Source of the DNA: an uncultured Mycoplasmatota bacterium
GTDB taxonomy: Bacteria > Bacillota_I > Bacilli_A > RF39 > UBA660
Direction: 5' to 3'
DNA: 64,000 nt
Assembly (NCBI GenBank): GCA_900543825.1
Contig: UQSR01000003.1
Location: 67,315 to 131,314, forward strand
Under the pieces are notes generated by a model that searched no databases, had not been told where the DNA came from, and saw only the letters and a program-made list of their open reading frames with translations. Below are positions 1 to 8,785 of the stretch, in pieces. Position numbers and translations under genes: made by a program. The stretch's first letter is position 1, and the number at the start of each line of letters is the position of its first letter.

Positions 1-54
1 AATATAATAGCAATAATAATATAAATAATTTCTTTAATTTTATCTTTATTCATA

Positions 55-642
55 TTATTCACTTACCTTTACCATAGCGGTTCTAAGCACTTTATCTTTA
101 TACATATAGCCTTTCTGAAGAACTTCAGTAACAGTACCAGGTAAGATACCATCTTTATTATCAACAGCTATAGCTTGATGATAAGCAGGATCGAATGGTT
201 TATTTAATGGATCCATTTCTTTAACTTCAAACTTAGCAAGCAAATCCTTAATTTGTTTATACATAAGTTTAAATCCAAGAAGAAACTTAGAAACCTCATC
301 ATCCAAATTATCATCATCCATATTAATAGCTCTTTCAAAATTATCTAATATTGGAAGAAAGCCTTTAAGTATATCTTCTTCAGCATATTTAATAATTCTT
401 GAAGTCTCTTCATCTTTTCTTCTTTTATAATTAACAAGTTCAGCTTGACTTCTTAAAAGAGCATCTTCTAATTTCTTAATTTTATCAAGATTATTATCTT
501 CTATTTTTTCATCACAAGAGCATTTCTCATTACAATTACATTCTTCATCGCAAGAACATTCTTCATCACAAGAACATTTACACTCTTCTTTTTTTAACTC
601 TTCATTTTTTTTATTTTTATGTTTTTTATCTTTATTCTCCAT
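55..642 (-). CDS. grpE: GrpE nucleotide-exchange factor with an N-terminal Cys-rich repeat (CKCSCDEECSCDEECNCNEKCSCDEK)
   Basis: C-terminal half aligns to the GrpE family (…KGYMYKDKVLRTAMVKVSE tail). AGGAGGAG RBS sits 5 nt before the ATG at 642. The gene lies directly downstream of hrcA. Confidence 0.9.
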   Translation of the reverse strand: MENKDKKHKNKKNEELKKEECKCSCDEECSCDEECNCNEKCSCDEKIEDNNLDKIKKLEDALLRSQAELVNYKRRKDEETSRIIKYAEEDILKGFLPILDNFERAINMDDDNLDDEVSKFLLGFKLMYKQIKDLLAKFEVKEMDPLNKPFDPAYHQAIAVDNKDGILPGTVTEVLQKGYMYKDKVLRTAMVKVSE

Positions 643-1684
643 TTTCTCCTCCTAAATTATTTTTTATATAATCAAGAAGAGCAACAACTCTATCATATTC
701 CATTCTCTTAGGACCAATAATCGCTATTGTTCCCTCTTCTCCATTAATATTATATTTAGTTTTAATCACTGAAACATCATCAGTAAGTTTTGTTTCACTA
801 CCAACATAAATATTAATACCATTATCCTCTTCTTTCATATTTGAAATACTATCAATATCATCAAACTTACTAAGTATTTCTTTTACCTTATCAATATTAC
901 TAAATTCCGGTTGTTTAAGCATATTATTTCTACCACCAAAATGAACATCTTCATTAGCAGAAGAAAACTCGTGAAAAGCATCATAAAAAGTATTATATAA
1001 AACTTCATATTGACTTACATAATCTTTTATAATTGGTTTAACTTCATACTCAAGTTTCTCACTAACCTCATTAATAGGAGTTCCAACCACTAACTTATTA
1101 ATAAGTTCTACAGTCTTCTTAATTTCCTCTTTAGATACAACAGTAGGCAAGCTAAGTATCTTATGCTGTACAATACCTTTGTCTGTAATAACAATAGATA
1201 AAATCTTATCATCATCAAGAGGTACAACTTCTACTTTCATAAGTTTATTAGAAGAAGAAGCATTACCAAGTACAACAGCGGTGTAATTAGTTATCTCACT
1301 AACAATTTCTATACTTCTTTTAATTGTATCATTAAGATCAAGTGAATTATTATGAAATATAGTTTGCAATTTAAGCATATCTTCTCCAGTCATATTTTTA
1401 GGAGTCATAAGATTATCAACATAATACTTATAACCTTTTTCACTAGGAATTCTACCAGAAGCAAAATGATTCTTTTCAAGCAAACCATAATCCTCAAGTA
1501 TCACCATTTCATTTCTAATAGTAGCAGAAGAACACTTAAGCTTTTTACAAATATGATTAGAACTTACAGCTTTAGCAGTTTTAATATATTCTTCAACAAT
1601 CACTTTTAGTATCTCTTTTTGTCTATTAGTGATCACAATATCACTTCCTTTAGCAATCATTATTTCCATTGCTAATATCATTAT
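632..1684 (-). CDS. hrcA: Heat-inducible transcription repressor HrcA (start probably at MILAME or MEIMIAKG; the ORF-track N-terminus is over-extended)
   Basis: Winged-helix N-terminus (RQKEILKVIVEEYIKTAKAVSS…ATIRNEM) followed by the typical HrcA body. A CIRCE-like inverted repeat lies immediately upstream and grpE follows. Confidence 0.85.
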   Translation of the reverse strand: MMILAMEIMIAKGSDIVITNRQKEILKVIVEEYIKTAKAVSSNHICKKLKCSSATIRNEMVILEDYGLLEKNHFASGRIPSEKGYKYYVDNLMTPKNMTGEDMLKLQTIFHNNSLDLNDTIKRSIEIVSEITNYTAVVLGNASSSNKLMKVEVVPLDDDKILSIVITDKGIVQHKILSLPTVVSKEEIKKTVELINKLVVGTPINEVSEKLEYEVKPIIKDYVSQYEVLYNTFYDAFHEFSSANEDVHFGGRNNMLKQPEFSNIDKVKEILSKFDDIDSISNMKEEDNGINIYVGSETKLTDDVSVIKTKYNINGEEGTIAIIGPKRMEYDRVVALLDYIKNNLGGENGE

Positions 1685-1695
1685 ATTACTATTGC

Positions 1696-1722
1696 TTAGC
1701 AATGTCAACACTAAATTGCTAA
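1696..1722. promoter_or_regulatory. CIRCE-like operator (TTAGCAATG-N9-AATTGCTAA), a degenerate form of TTAGCACTC-N9-GAGTGCTAA
   Basis: A 9-N9-9 inverted repeat read directly, about 12 nt upstream of the hrcA start. Arms match each other 8/9 and keep the TTAGCA…TGCTAA core. Confidence 0.5.
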
Positions 1723-1738
1723 TTTTTTTATTTTTTTC

Positions 1739-1766
1739 AAAAAAAAGCTCAGAATCTCTTCTGAAC
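1739..1766 (-). terminator. Rho-independent terminator ending the bacteriocin operon
   Basis: On the minus strand, GUUCAGAA-GAGA-UUCUGAGC (8-bp stem with one G·U and a GNRA-type tetraloop) followed by U8. It starts 10 nt after the stop of peptide 1. Confidence 0.6.
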
Positions 1767-1775
1767 TTTTTCAAG

Positions 1776-1946
1776 CTATAAATTACACATTTTATCTTCA
1801 TTACTTCTTCGAATATAACTACCAAGTGCCTCACCAAGTTCATATATAAAACTAACTATCTTATATATAGAATTAATCATCGTAGCACTAATAACATCAG
1901 TTCCTCCATCTATTTTTAACAATTCATCATTTTCTAATTTCTTCAT
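1776..1946 (-). CDS. Double-glycine-leader bacteriocin precursor 1 (MKKLENDELLKIDGG | TDVISATMINSIYKIVSFIYELGEALGSYIRRSNEDKMCNL)
   Basis: GGAGG RBS then ATG. The 15-aa leader ends in a GG cleavage motif. The mature peptide is amphipathic with a GxxxG motif (GEALG) and a single Cys. It lies downstream of the C39-ABC exporter. Confidence 0.6.
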   Translation of the reverse strand: MKKLENDELLKIDGGTDVISATMINSIYKIVSFIYELGEALGSYIRRSNEDKMCNL

Positions 1947-1959
1947 ATAATAACCTCCA

Positions 1960-2100
1960 TCAATTACATTTTTGTGGATTAGAATATCCAGATAAAATAC
2001 CAGTAACAAAAGTAATAACTCCCGCTATTACCGATACAATTAAGACAGTACTAGAACCACCATCTATTTTCATAAGTTCATTCTTATTAAGTTCCTTCAT
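1960..2100 (-). CDS. Double-glycine-leader bacteriocin precursor 2 (MKELNKNELMKIDGG | SSTVLIVSVIAGVITFVTGILSGYSNPQKCN). It is not in the ORF track.
   Basis: Hand translation of the minus strand. The leader is near-identical to that of peptide 1. The mature peptide is hydrophobic with a GxxxG motif (TGILSG) and a single C-terminal Cys. GGAGG-like RBS upstream. Confidence 0.55.
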   Translation of the reverse strand: MKELNKNELMKIDGGSSTVLIVSVIAGVITFVTGILSGYSNPQKCN

Positions 2101-2111
2101 ATAAACCTCCT

Positions 2112-2540
2112 CTATTTAAACAAATAATCAAATACTCTTTTATCATCTTTTAGCAATTTAAGTTCCAAAACCAAATTAACATATTTATAATTATCAGAAA
2201 GTTCCAATCCTATATCAACAATTACATAAGTATTTACACCATTAGTATAATACTCTTCATTAGTAGAAATAATACTATATTTATAACTATCATTATCAAT
2301 ATATAAAACATTACTATTATTAAAATAACCAATATAATTTCTAGGTACATAGACCTTTAAATAATATTTATCATCAGAAGAAAATACAATACCATTAACT
2401 TTATAATATGTTTTATAATGAAATAATAATAAAAATATAATTAAAGAAAGTACTATTACAATAATAATCATTATATAAACATATACTATAGGCTTAATAT
2501 CTTTATTTAAAATAATTCTACTATCAATACAATTATTCAT
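2112..2540 (-). CDS. Small single-TM protein in the bacteriocin operon, a putative accessory or immunity protein
   Basis: N-terminal TM helix then a hydrophilic domain. Its position between the exporter and the peptides is the only functional evidence. Confidence 0.3.
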   Translation of the reverse strand: MNNCIDSRIILNKDIKPIVYVYIMIIIVIVLSLIIFLLLFHYKTYYKVNGIVFSSDDKYYLKVYVPRNYIGYFNNSNVLYIDNDSYKYSIISTNEEYYTNGVNTYVIVDIGLELSDNYKYVNLVLELKLLKDDKRVFDYLFK

Positions 2541-4620
2541 CGCATCTTCTCCTTTCTAAATTAATAACTTCCCCATTAGAGAACTTAATCATTCTATCAT
2601 ATAAATCAACATTTTCTTTTCTATGTGATATAACAATAATAGTTTTATCTTTATAATAATAAAATAAATTCTTAAGTATCTTTCTTTCAAGATTAATATC
2701 AATCTGATTAAATTCCTCATCAATCATAATAACATTACTATTCTTAAGTAAACTTCTAGCTAAAATAATTCTTTGTCTTTGACCACCAGAAATATTAACG
2801 CCATTCTCTTCAAGCATAAAATTATCTCCTAAAGGATTATCTTTTATAATATCATTTACATAACACATATTAATAACATTTAAATATTCACTTTTATCTA
2901 TATTTCTCCCAAGTAAAATATTATCTCGGATGGTTTTGGTATATAACATTTCATTTTGTGAAATATAGACAATATTACTTCTAATATCATTAAGGCTAAA
3001 ATCATTAATATCATAGTTATTTATAAAAATACTATCACGTCCGCAATCCAAATATTTATAAATAAGTTTTAATAACGTTGACTTGCCGCTTCCCGAAGAG
3101 CCAATAATAACAACCTTCTCCCCATTTCTAATAAAAAAATTAACATTATTCAAAATATTATATTTATTATTATAAGTATAACTTAAATTCTTAATAACAA
3201 TATCACCATTAACCATAAGATTATCTGCATCTTCAATATTCTCTATCGAATTATTTAACAAATTATTAACCCTTCTAATAGAATTATTAATATAATGATA
3301 CTCATTCAAAATACTCAAAATATTTTTTCCTGGAGAAATAATATAATTAGCAAATAACATAACAGTAAAATAATCTCCAGTACTCAAACTATCATACATA
3401 ACAAATTTAATACCAAAATAACTAATTATCAGAAGTCCTATATCTTCGATTAAAATCTTAATAAATACAATAATATTATTAATTCTTTCCCCATAAAATA
3501 CATTATTCAAAAAAGAATTATAAACACTATCAAAATCATAAATAACATTATCTTCAATATTAAGTCCTTTAACAGTTTCAAAAGAACTAACATCTTCAAT
3601 AATTAAACTATTAATTTTAGCCATATCTTCCTGTTTTCTCAAAGTAATATTTTTTATAATAGGATTAAATACCACTATCATAAAACAATAAGTAAATGCC
3701 ATAATTATAAGTAATAAAAATATTTTAATATTAATATTACAAATAATAATACTAGCCACTATAAATAGCAGATTATCAACCAAAATAATCATAACAACTT
3801 TAGAAATAAAATTCTTAACACTAAACAAATCACTAATACGTGATAATACTTCCGATGTCGTTTTATTTTTATAATATTTATAAGGAAGTAAAATAATTTT
3901 AGCAAAAGTACTAAGTACCATACTAATATCTAATTTTTGATTCAAATAAATAATCAAATAATTTCTAATAAAACTAGTTATATTTTTAATAATAATCAAA
4001 ATGGAGAATATAATTGTTATAATTAGTAAATTATTAGTATTAGTATCAATTACATTATCAAAAACAAATTTAGAATATAAAGATATCAAACAAGATAAAG
4101 AAGTAAATATTATAGACAATATAAAAACAAATAAAATACAATATCTATTATTAATAATAGAACTAAATAATATTTTAGTAATTTCTTTACTACTTTTTAA
4201 AACTAAAACATCACCCTTCTTCTCAAATAACATAATATTTCCTGTAAAGCTATTAGAAAAATCAAAAACATCAATTTCCATTCTACCTTTAGCCGGATCC
4301 ATAATAAGCATCTTATTATCATTCATTTTATAGACAACAACAAAATGAAAATAACTATCAATTCTAATTTGAGCAATAAAAGGTTCATTCAATTCCCTAA
4401 GTTTTAAAATATCTTCTACTCTATAACCAGTACCAATAAGTCCAATCTTATTAGCAGCCTCTTTAATATTATAAAAATTAGTTCCTTCTTTTGTAGTCTT
4501 AGTCAAGTCAATTAATCTATCTAACGATACATCACCTCCATAATAACGAATAATTGACAATAAAGCAGCAGCTCCACAATCCTTACCCCCTTCTTGAAGT
4601 ACAATTAACTTTTGCTTCAT
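2533..4620 (-). CDS. Bacteriocin-processing ABC transporter with N-terminal C39 peptidase domain (LagD/ComA/SunT family)
   Basis: C39 motifs (GGKDCGAAAL with the catalytic Cys, HFVVVY). Six-TM core. Walker A GSSGSGKST and signature ISGGQRQRI. RBS GGAGG before the ATG at 4620 (MKQKL). Confidence 0.9.
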   Translation of the reverse strand: MKQKLIVLQEGGKDCGAAALLSIIRYYGGDVSLDRLIDLTKTTKEGTNFYNIKEAANKIGLIGTGYRVEDILKLRELNEPFIAQIRIDSYFHFVVVYKMNDNKMLIMDPAKGRMEIDVFDFSNSFTGNIMLFEKKGDVLVLKSSKEITKILFSSIINNRYCILFVFILSIIFTSLSCLISLYSKFVFDNVIDTNTNNLLIITIIFSILIIIKNITSFIRNYLIIYLNQKLDISMVLSTFAKIILLPYKYYKNKTTSEVLSRISDLFSVKNFISKVVMIILVDNLLFIVASIIICNINIKIFLLLIIMAFTYCFMIVVFNPIIKNITLRKQEDMAKINSLIIEDVSSFETVKGLNIEDNVIYDFDSVYNSFLNNVFYGERINNIIVFIKILIEDIGLLIISYFGIKFVMYDSLSTGDYFTVMLFANYIISPGKNILSILNEYHYINNSIRRVNNLLNNSIENIEDADNLMVNGDIVIKNLSYTYNNKYNILNNVNFFIRNGEKVVIIGSSGSGKSTLLKLIYKYLDCGRDSIFINNYDINDFSLNDIRSNIVYISQNEMLYTKTIRDNILLGRNIDKSEYLNVINMCYVNDIIKDNPLGDNFMLEENGVNISGGQRQRIILARSLLKNSNVIMIDEEFNQIDINLERKILKNLFYYYKDKTIIVISHRKENVDLYDRMIKFSNGEVINLERRRCDE

Positions 4621-4632
4621 ATTATACCTCCT

Positions 4633-4669
4633 CATATATATAAACACCAAAAATTCCTAAAAATTGTAA
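4633..4669 (-). promoter_or_regulatory. Promoter-like element TTACAATT-N8-TTTTTGGTGTTTATATATATG, then RBS and ATG. It is shared with radC.
   Basis: 21-nt and 8-nt blocks identical to 38844..38880. The TTACAA-17-TGTTTATAT spacing resembles an extended sigma-A promoter. Confidence 0.4.
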
Positions 4670-4780
4670 TTTTTACAAAAAAAATTAATTTTTTTATAAT
4701 ATTTTAATCAAATCATATATTTTTAGTAGTCATATTGATATTTCAAAACAATTTTGATACAATATCTTTGGTGAAAAAAT

Positions 4781-5353
4781 ATGTTAAGTATAAAAAATAA
4801 TAATAAATATGAATACATAATAAAAAATTCCAAATTTATATCCCTACTATTTAAAGTAACAATAAAAGAAGAAGTAAAAGATTATTTAAATAAAGTAAAA
4901 GAAGAATATCCTAATGCTACTCACTATTGCTATGCATACATAATAGATAACGACACCAAATTTTCCGATGATGGAGAACCATCTAAAACAGCAGGATTAC
5001 CCATCTTTACTCAATTAGAAGGAAACAACTTAAATTACGCACTAATAATTGTAGTAAGATATTTTGGTGGTATAAAACTAGGAACAGGTCTATTAACAAG
5101 AACATATTCAAAAGTAGCCAAAGAAGTAATAACTAAAGATAACATTATAGAACTAACCAAAGGCTATAATATAACCATAATATTTGATTATGAAGACATA
5201 AAAAATATAGACTACCTATTAAAAGATAGTCAAATATTAAAAAAAAATTTTCAAGATAATATAACATATAATGTCAATGTTAATGAAGAAACATTTAACA
5301 AATTACAAAACTATAACATAAAAATAAATAAAGATATATATATTCAAAAATAA
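4781..5353 (+). CDS. yigZ: YigZ/IMPACT family protein (UPF0029)
   Basis: Strong match to the YigZ core (KSKFI…HYCYAY…FSDDGEPSKTAGLPI…VVRYFGGIKLGTGLL). Confidence 0.85.
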   Translation: MLSIKNNNKYEYIIKNSKFISLLFKVTIKEEVKDYLNKVKEEYPNATHYCYAYIIDNDTKFSDDGEPSKTAGLPIFTQLEGNNLNYALIIVVRYFGGIKLGTGLLTRTYSKVAKEVITKDNIIELTKGYNITIIFDYEDIKNIDYLLKDSQILKKNFQDNITYNVNVNEETFNKLQNYNIKINKDIYIQK

Positions 5354-5375
5354 AAAATAGCCCTAAAGCTATTTT

Positions 5376-6359
5376 TTAATTTCTACCAAGTCCTACTTTT
5401 CTAAATACATCTAAAGTCTTTTCCTTAGCTATCTCACAAGTCTTTTCTCTTCCCTTATCAAGTATATCATCAAGCATAGTACCATTAATAATTTCATTAT
5501 ATTTAGTTTGAATATTCGAAAGTACGCTAACAACCAAATCAGCTACTTCTTTTTTAAAGTTTCCATAATTATAATCTTTAAAATAATCTTCTGCTTCCTC
5601 TATGGATATATTTTTCAAAGAAGAATATATAGTAAGTAAATTAGAAACTCCAGGTTTATTATCTTTGTCATAATATATTTTATTATCACTATCTGTAACA
5701 GCAGACATTATTTTCTTTCTAATTGTTTTTTCATCATCCAAAAGAAGAATTACACCTTTATAAGTTTCATCACTCTTACTCATCTTTTTAGTAGGTTCTT
5801 GAAGATCCATAATCTTAACACCAACCTCCGACATCATAGGTTCTGGCATTTTAAAAGTATCACCATAAGTTTTATTAAATCTAAGAGCAATATCCCTAGC
5901 AAGTTCAACATGTTGTTTTTGATCAATTCCAACCGGAACATAGTCAGCATCATATAAAAGAATATCTGCTGCCATAAGTATAGGATAAGTAAATAAACCA
6001 ACAGTTACATTTTCTCCCTTACTAGACTTATCCTTGTATTGTGTCATTCTAGAAGCTTCCCCCATATAAGTAGTACATTCTAAAACCCATGACAAATTAG
6101 CATGATATAAATTTTCAGATTGTAAATATATCGTATTCTTATCAGGATCAACACCACAAGCCAAATATAAAGCTACATTTTTTCTAATTCTTTCCCTTAA
6201 CATTTTAGGATCCTGTTTAACAGTAATAGCGTGCATATCAGGTACAAACATAAAAGAATCATATTCATCCTGAAGCTTAACCATTTGATTAATACAACCA
6301 ATTAAACTTCCTAAAGTAAGCTCTCCACTAGGTTTTAAACCAGTTAAAATTCTTTTCAT
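5376..6359 (-). CDS. trpS: Tryptophanyl-tRNA synthetase
   Basis: Class I aaRS with a KMSKS motif (KKMSKSD) and a TrpRS-type N-terminus (ILTGLKPSGELTLG). AAGAGGTG RBS before the ATG at 6359. No T-box-sized leader. Confidence 0.9.
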   Translation of the reverse strand: MKRILTGLKPSGELTLGSLIGCINQMVKLQDEYDSFMFVPDMHAITVKQDPKMLRERIRKNVALYLACGVDPDKNTIYLQSENLYHANLSWVLECTTYMGEASRMTQYKDKSSKGENVTVGLFTYPILMAADILLYDADYVPVGIDQKQHVELARDIALRFNKTYGDTFKMPEPMMSEVGVKIMDLQEPTKKMSKSDETYKGVILLLDDEKTIRKKIMSAVTDSDNKIYYDKDNKPGVSNLLTIYSSLKNISIEEAEDYFKDYNYGNFKKEVADLVVSVLSNIQTKYNEIINGTMLDDILDKGREKTCEIAKEKTLDVFRKVGLGRN

Positions 6360-6462
6360 ATTACACCTCTTTCTCATTAATTATATTATAATATAACATT
6401 TTTTTCAATATTAGTATTAAAAAAAATAATTTTATGTTATAATTACGAAGTGAGGTATTTAT

Positions 6463-7182
6463 ATGATGTACAATATTAGTTTTTACTTTATATTATTTCT
6501 AATATACTCCATAATAGGTTGGATACTAGAAATAATAACCGTCTTTATCGAAACAAAAAAATTTATCAATAGAGGTTTCATGTTAGGACCATACTGTCCT
6601 ATTTATGGATATTCCAGTATTATAATGATATTTTATTTAAATCATTATAAAGATAATCCATTAACTGTCTTCTTATTAGCGGTAATAATATGCAGTTTTG
6701 TTGAGTATCTAATAAGCTATATAATGGAAAAATTATTTTCTGCCAGATGGTGGGATTATTCTCATAGAAAATTCAACATCAATGGAAGAGTATGTTTAAC
6801 AAATGCTTTCCTATTTGGTGTTTTAGGAGTAATATTAGTCTATATAGCTAATCCATGCTTCACAGAAATATTATCAAAAATAAACAAAAACACATTAACA
6901 ATAATAGGTATAATCCTAATAATACTATTTGTAAGTGATCTAATAACCTCCCTAATAGTAACATTTAATCTAAAGAGTAAAATTAAAAACTTAAATATAG
7001 ATGTAACTGAAGAATTAAATAAAAAAATAAAAGAATTATTAGAAACAAAAGTATTAAATAGAAGAATATTAAAAGCTTATCCAAAATATAGAATCAATAT
7101 AATAAAAAAATATTCCAAAACAAAACATGAAAAACTAAAAGATAAAATAGAAAAAGTTAAAGACAAATTAAAAAATAGCTAA
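6463..7182 (+). CDS. Polytopic membrane protein, PF06541 (putative ABC-transporter type IV)-like
   Basis: GW..E…NRGFMLGPYCPIYG motif plus about 6 TM helices and a charged C-terminal tail. Confidence 0.4.
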   Translation: MMYNISFYFILFLIYSIIGWILEIITVFIETKKFINRGFMLGPYCPIYGYSSIIMIFYLNHYKDNPLTVFLLAVIICSFVEYLISYIMEKLFSARWWDYSHRKFNINGRVCLTNAFLFGVLGVILVYIANPCFTEILSKINKNTLTIIGIILIILFVSDLITSLIVTFNLKSKIKNLNIDVTEELNKKIKELLETKVLNRRILKAYPKYRINIIKKYSKTKHEKLKDKIEKVKDKLKNS

Positions 7183-7184
7183 AG

Positions 7185-8711
7185 CTATTTTTTAATTTTA
7201 CTCTTTACAAGCCTAAACATCCTAGTAAATAAGTTTCTAGCAGAACCACTAATTGCATATAAAATAAGAGATGCAACCACTATTACTAGTACAAATAATA
7301 ATCCCAATTTAAGTACTGTCATAATAAAACCAATGCTAGTACTTAAAAATAAACTTTCTATAGGCTTCAATATAATCGCTAATAAAACAAATAAAACTGT
7401 AGAAATAATATAATACTTAAGTACATCAAGCATCTTAACATTTTTAAACACTCGTCTAGCTACCAAACTAGATTTAAGTAGAATATTAATAAAGAATGCA
7501 ATCACAGTACCAATAAGTACACCATCAATACCATAATATTTAACTAATATAATAGATAAAAATAAATTAGTAAATGCACATATAAATATATGCTTTTTAT
7601 TTTCTTTAAATAACCCATCAGCATTAATTATAGCCACTAGCGGATAATATAAAATATTTAAAAACAATGTCAAAGTAAATAAAACAATAGTAAGATATCC
7701 AAGTATATAATTATCTTTACCAACCCATACCGATACAAAGCCTCTAATACCAATCATAAATGTAATGCACATACAAAATCCAATAAGTACAAACAAAGCA
7801 AAAAACTCTTTATACAAAGGATATACCCTATCTTCTTCTTTTTTAGCAAAAACATTGCCAAACGAATATACCGAGGAAAGTTCAATTCTAGAGGCAATTT
7901 CATTTAAAAATCTAAGAATATAATTATAAGTTGTATAAATACTAACCATTATTGGACCATTAAATCCCATAAGAAGTAAAGCATCAACATTATTAAGAAT
8001 TAAAAATCCAACCTGTGTCCAAGCCAAATCCTTAGTCATCTTAACCATCGAAGTATTCTTCCTATCTATTTCATGAAGTTCTGGATATTTCTTTTTAACA
8101 ACAATTCTATTAATAATCTCCTCCAAAATCTTCATAATAAGGATAACAATAGCAATAGACTCAAGTGTTCTAAACTTAACAGTAACAATTACAATCAAAA
8201 TATCACATAAAAGTTTTACACCATTAAATATAAGTGAATAAACATATTTTTCTTGAGCAGCACTAAGTACTGCCATAAAAGTTTGTCCCTTACCAAAATA
8301 AGAAATTAAATAAGAAGTTGATATGATAAAGAAACAAATAAGTGAAGGCAACATATACCCGCTCTCAAAATGATAAAATAAATATAATCCTAGTGTTACT
8401 AAGCAAATAATACCCAATATAATAAAACCTATTATCTTAAATATTTTTCTAGCTCCACCATATATAGCATTAATATCATTCTTATTTTTCTCTGCAAAAG
8501 GTTTATATAAACTATATATAACAGCATCAGAAAAACCAGCTTGTGCTAAAAACACATAAGATATAATTTGATTAATTGTTTGATAATAACCATTACCAAC
8601 ATCTCCAATATAAGTAATTAGTACATTCATCTTAACAAGACCAACAATACCAATTAAAAGATAAGGTAAGATATCACATACCATATTTAAAAATATTTTT
8701 TTTGTTCTCAT
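7185..8711 (-). CDS. MOP-superfamily polysaccharide/oligosaccharide flippase (Wzx/MurJ-like)
   Basis: 508 aa with about 14 TM helices, typical of polysaccharide biosynthesis protein family topology. Confidence 0.55.
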   Translation of the reverse strand: MRTKKIFLNMVCDILPYLLIGIVGLVKMNVLITYIGDVGNGYYQTINQIISYVFLAQAGFSDAVIYSLYKPFAEKNKNDINAIYGGARKIFKIIGFIILGIICLVTLGLYLFYHFESGYMLPSLICFFIISTSYLISYFGKGQTFMAVLSAAQEKYVYSLIFNGVKLLCDILIVIVTVKFRTLESIAIVILIMKILEEIINRIVVKKKYPELHEIDRKNTSMVKMTKDLAWTQVGFLILNNVDALLLMGFNGPIMVSIYTTYNYILRFLNEIASRIELSSVYSFGNVFAKKEEDRVYPLYKEFFALFVLIGFCMCITFMIGIRGFVSVWVGKDNYILGYLTIVLFTLTLFLNILYYPLVAIINADGLFKENKKHIFICAFTNLFLSIILVKYYGIDGVLIGTVIAFFINILLKSSLVARRVFKNVKMLDVLKYYIISTVLFVLLAIILKPIESLFLSTSIGFIMTVLKLGLLFVLVIVVASLILYAISGSARNLFTRMFRLVKSKIKK

Positions 8712-8785
8712 AAGTACACTTCCCTATATATATATAATACCATATTTTAATTTTTATATAAAGAAAAATGTATTATTTTAAGTTA

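Noticed and set aside
1352-1609. Short ORFs antisense to, or embedded in, long genes. Examples: 1352..1609, 4001..4333, 12782..13054, 14130..14420, 14968..15165, 15900..16173, 17034..17339, 18417..18650, 20966..21304, 22059..22439, 23411..23719, 26601..26819, 27499..27711, 28396..28593, 29670..29962, 31232..31489, 31750..31932, 35161..35626, 35964..36185, 37512..37763, 43322..43510, 44732..44929, 46062..46275, 47229..47441, 48481..49117, 51091..51423, 55720..55959.
   Set aside because: All lie inside well-supported genes on the other strand. Their translations are low-complexity Leu/Ile/Phe/Asn strings typical of random ORFs in about 24% GC DNA. No RBS and no family resemblance.
2112-2540. 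Calling the 142-aa operon protein an HlyD/LcnD-type bacteriocin accessory factor
   Set aside because: At 142 aa it is far shorter than LcnD/ComB-type proteins (about 450 aa), and similarity is limited to topology. It is kept only as a generic accessory/immunity candidate.
5376-6377. T-box riboswitch upstream of trpS (and hisS)
   Set aside because: The trpS upstream intergenic region is only about 100 nt and shows no specifier/T-box (AATTAGGGTGGTACCGCG-like) sequence. hisS abuts the preceding gene.
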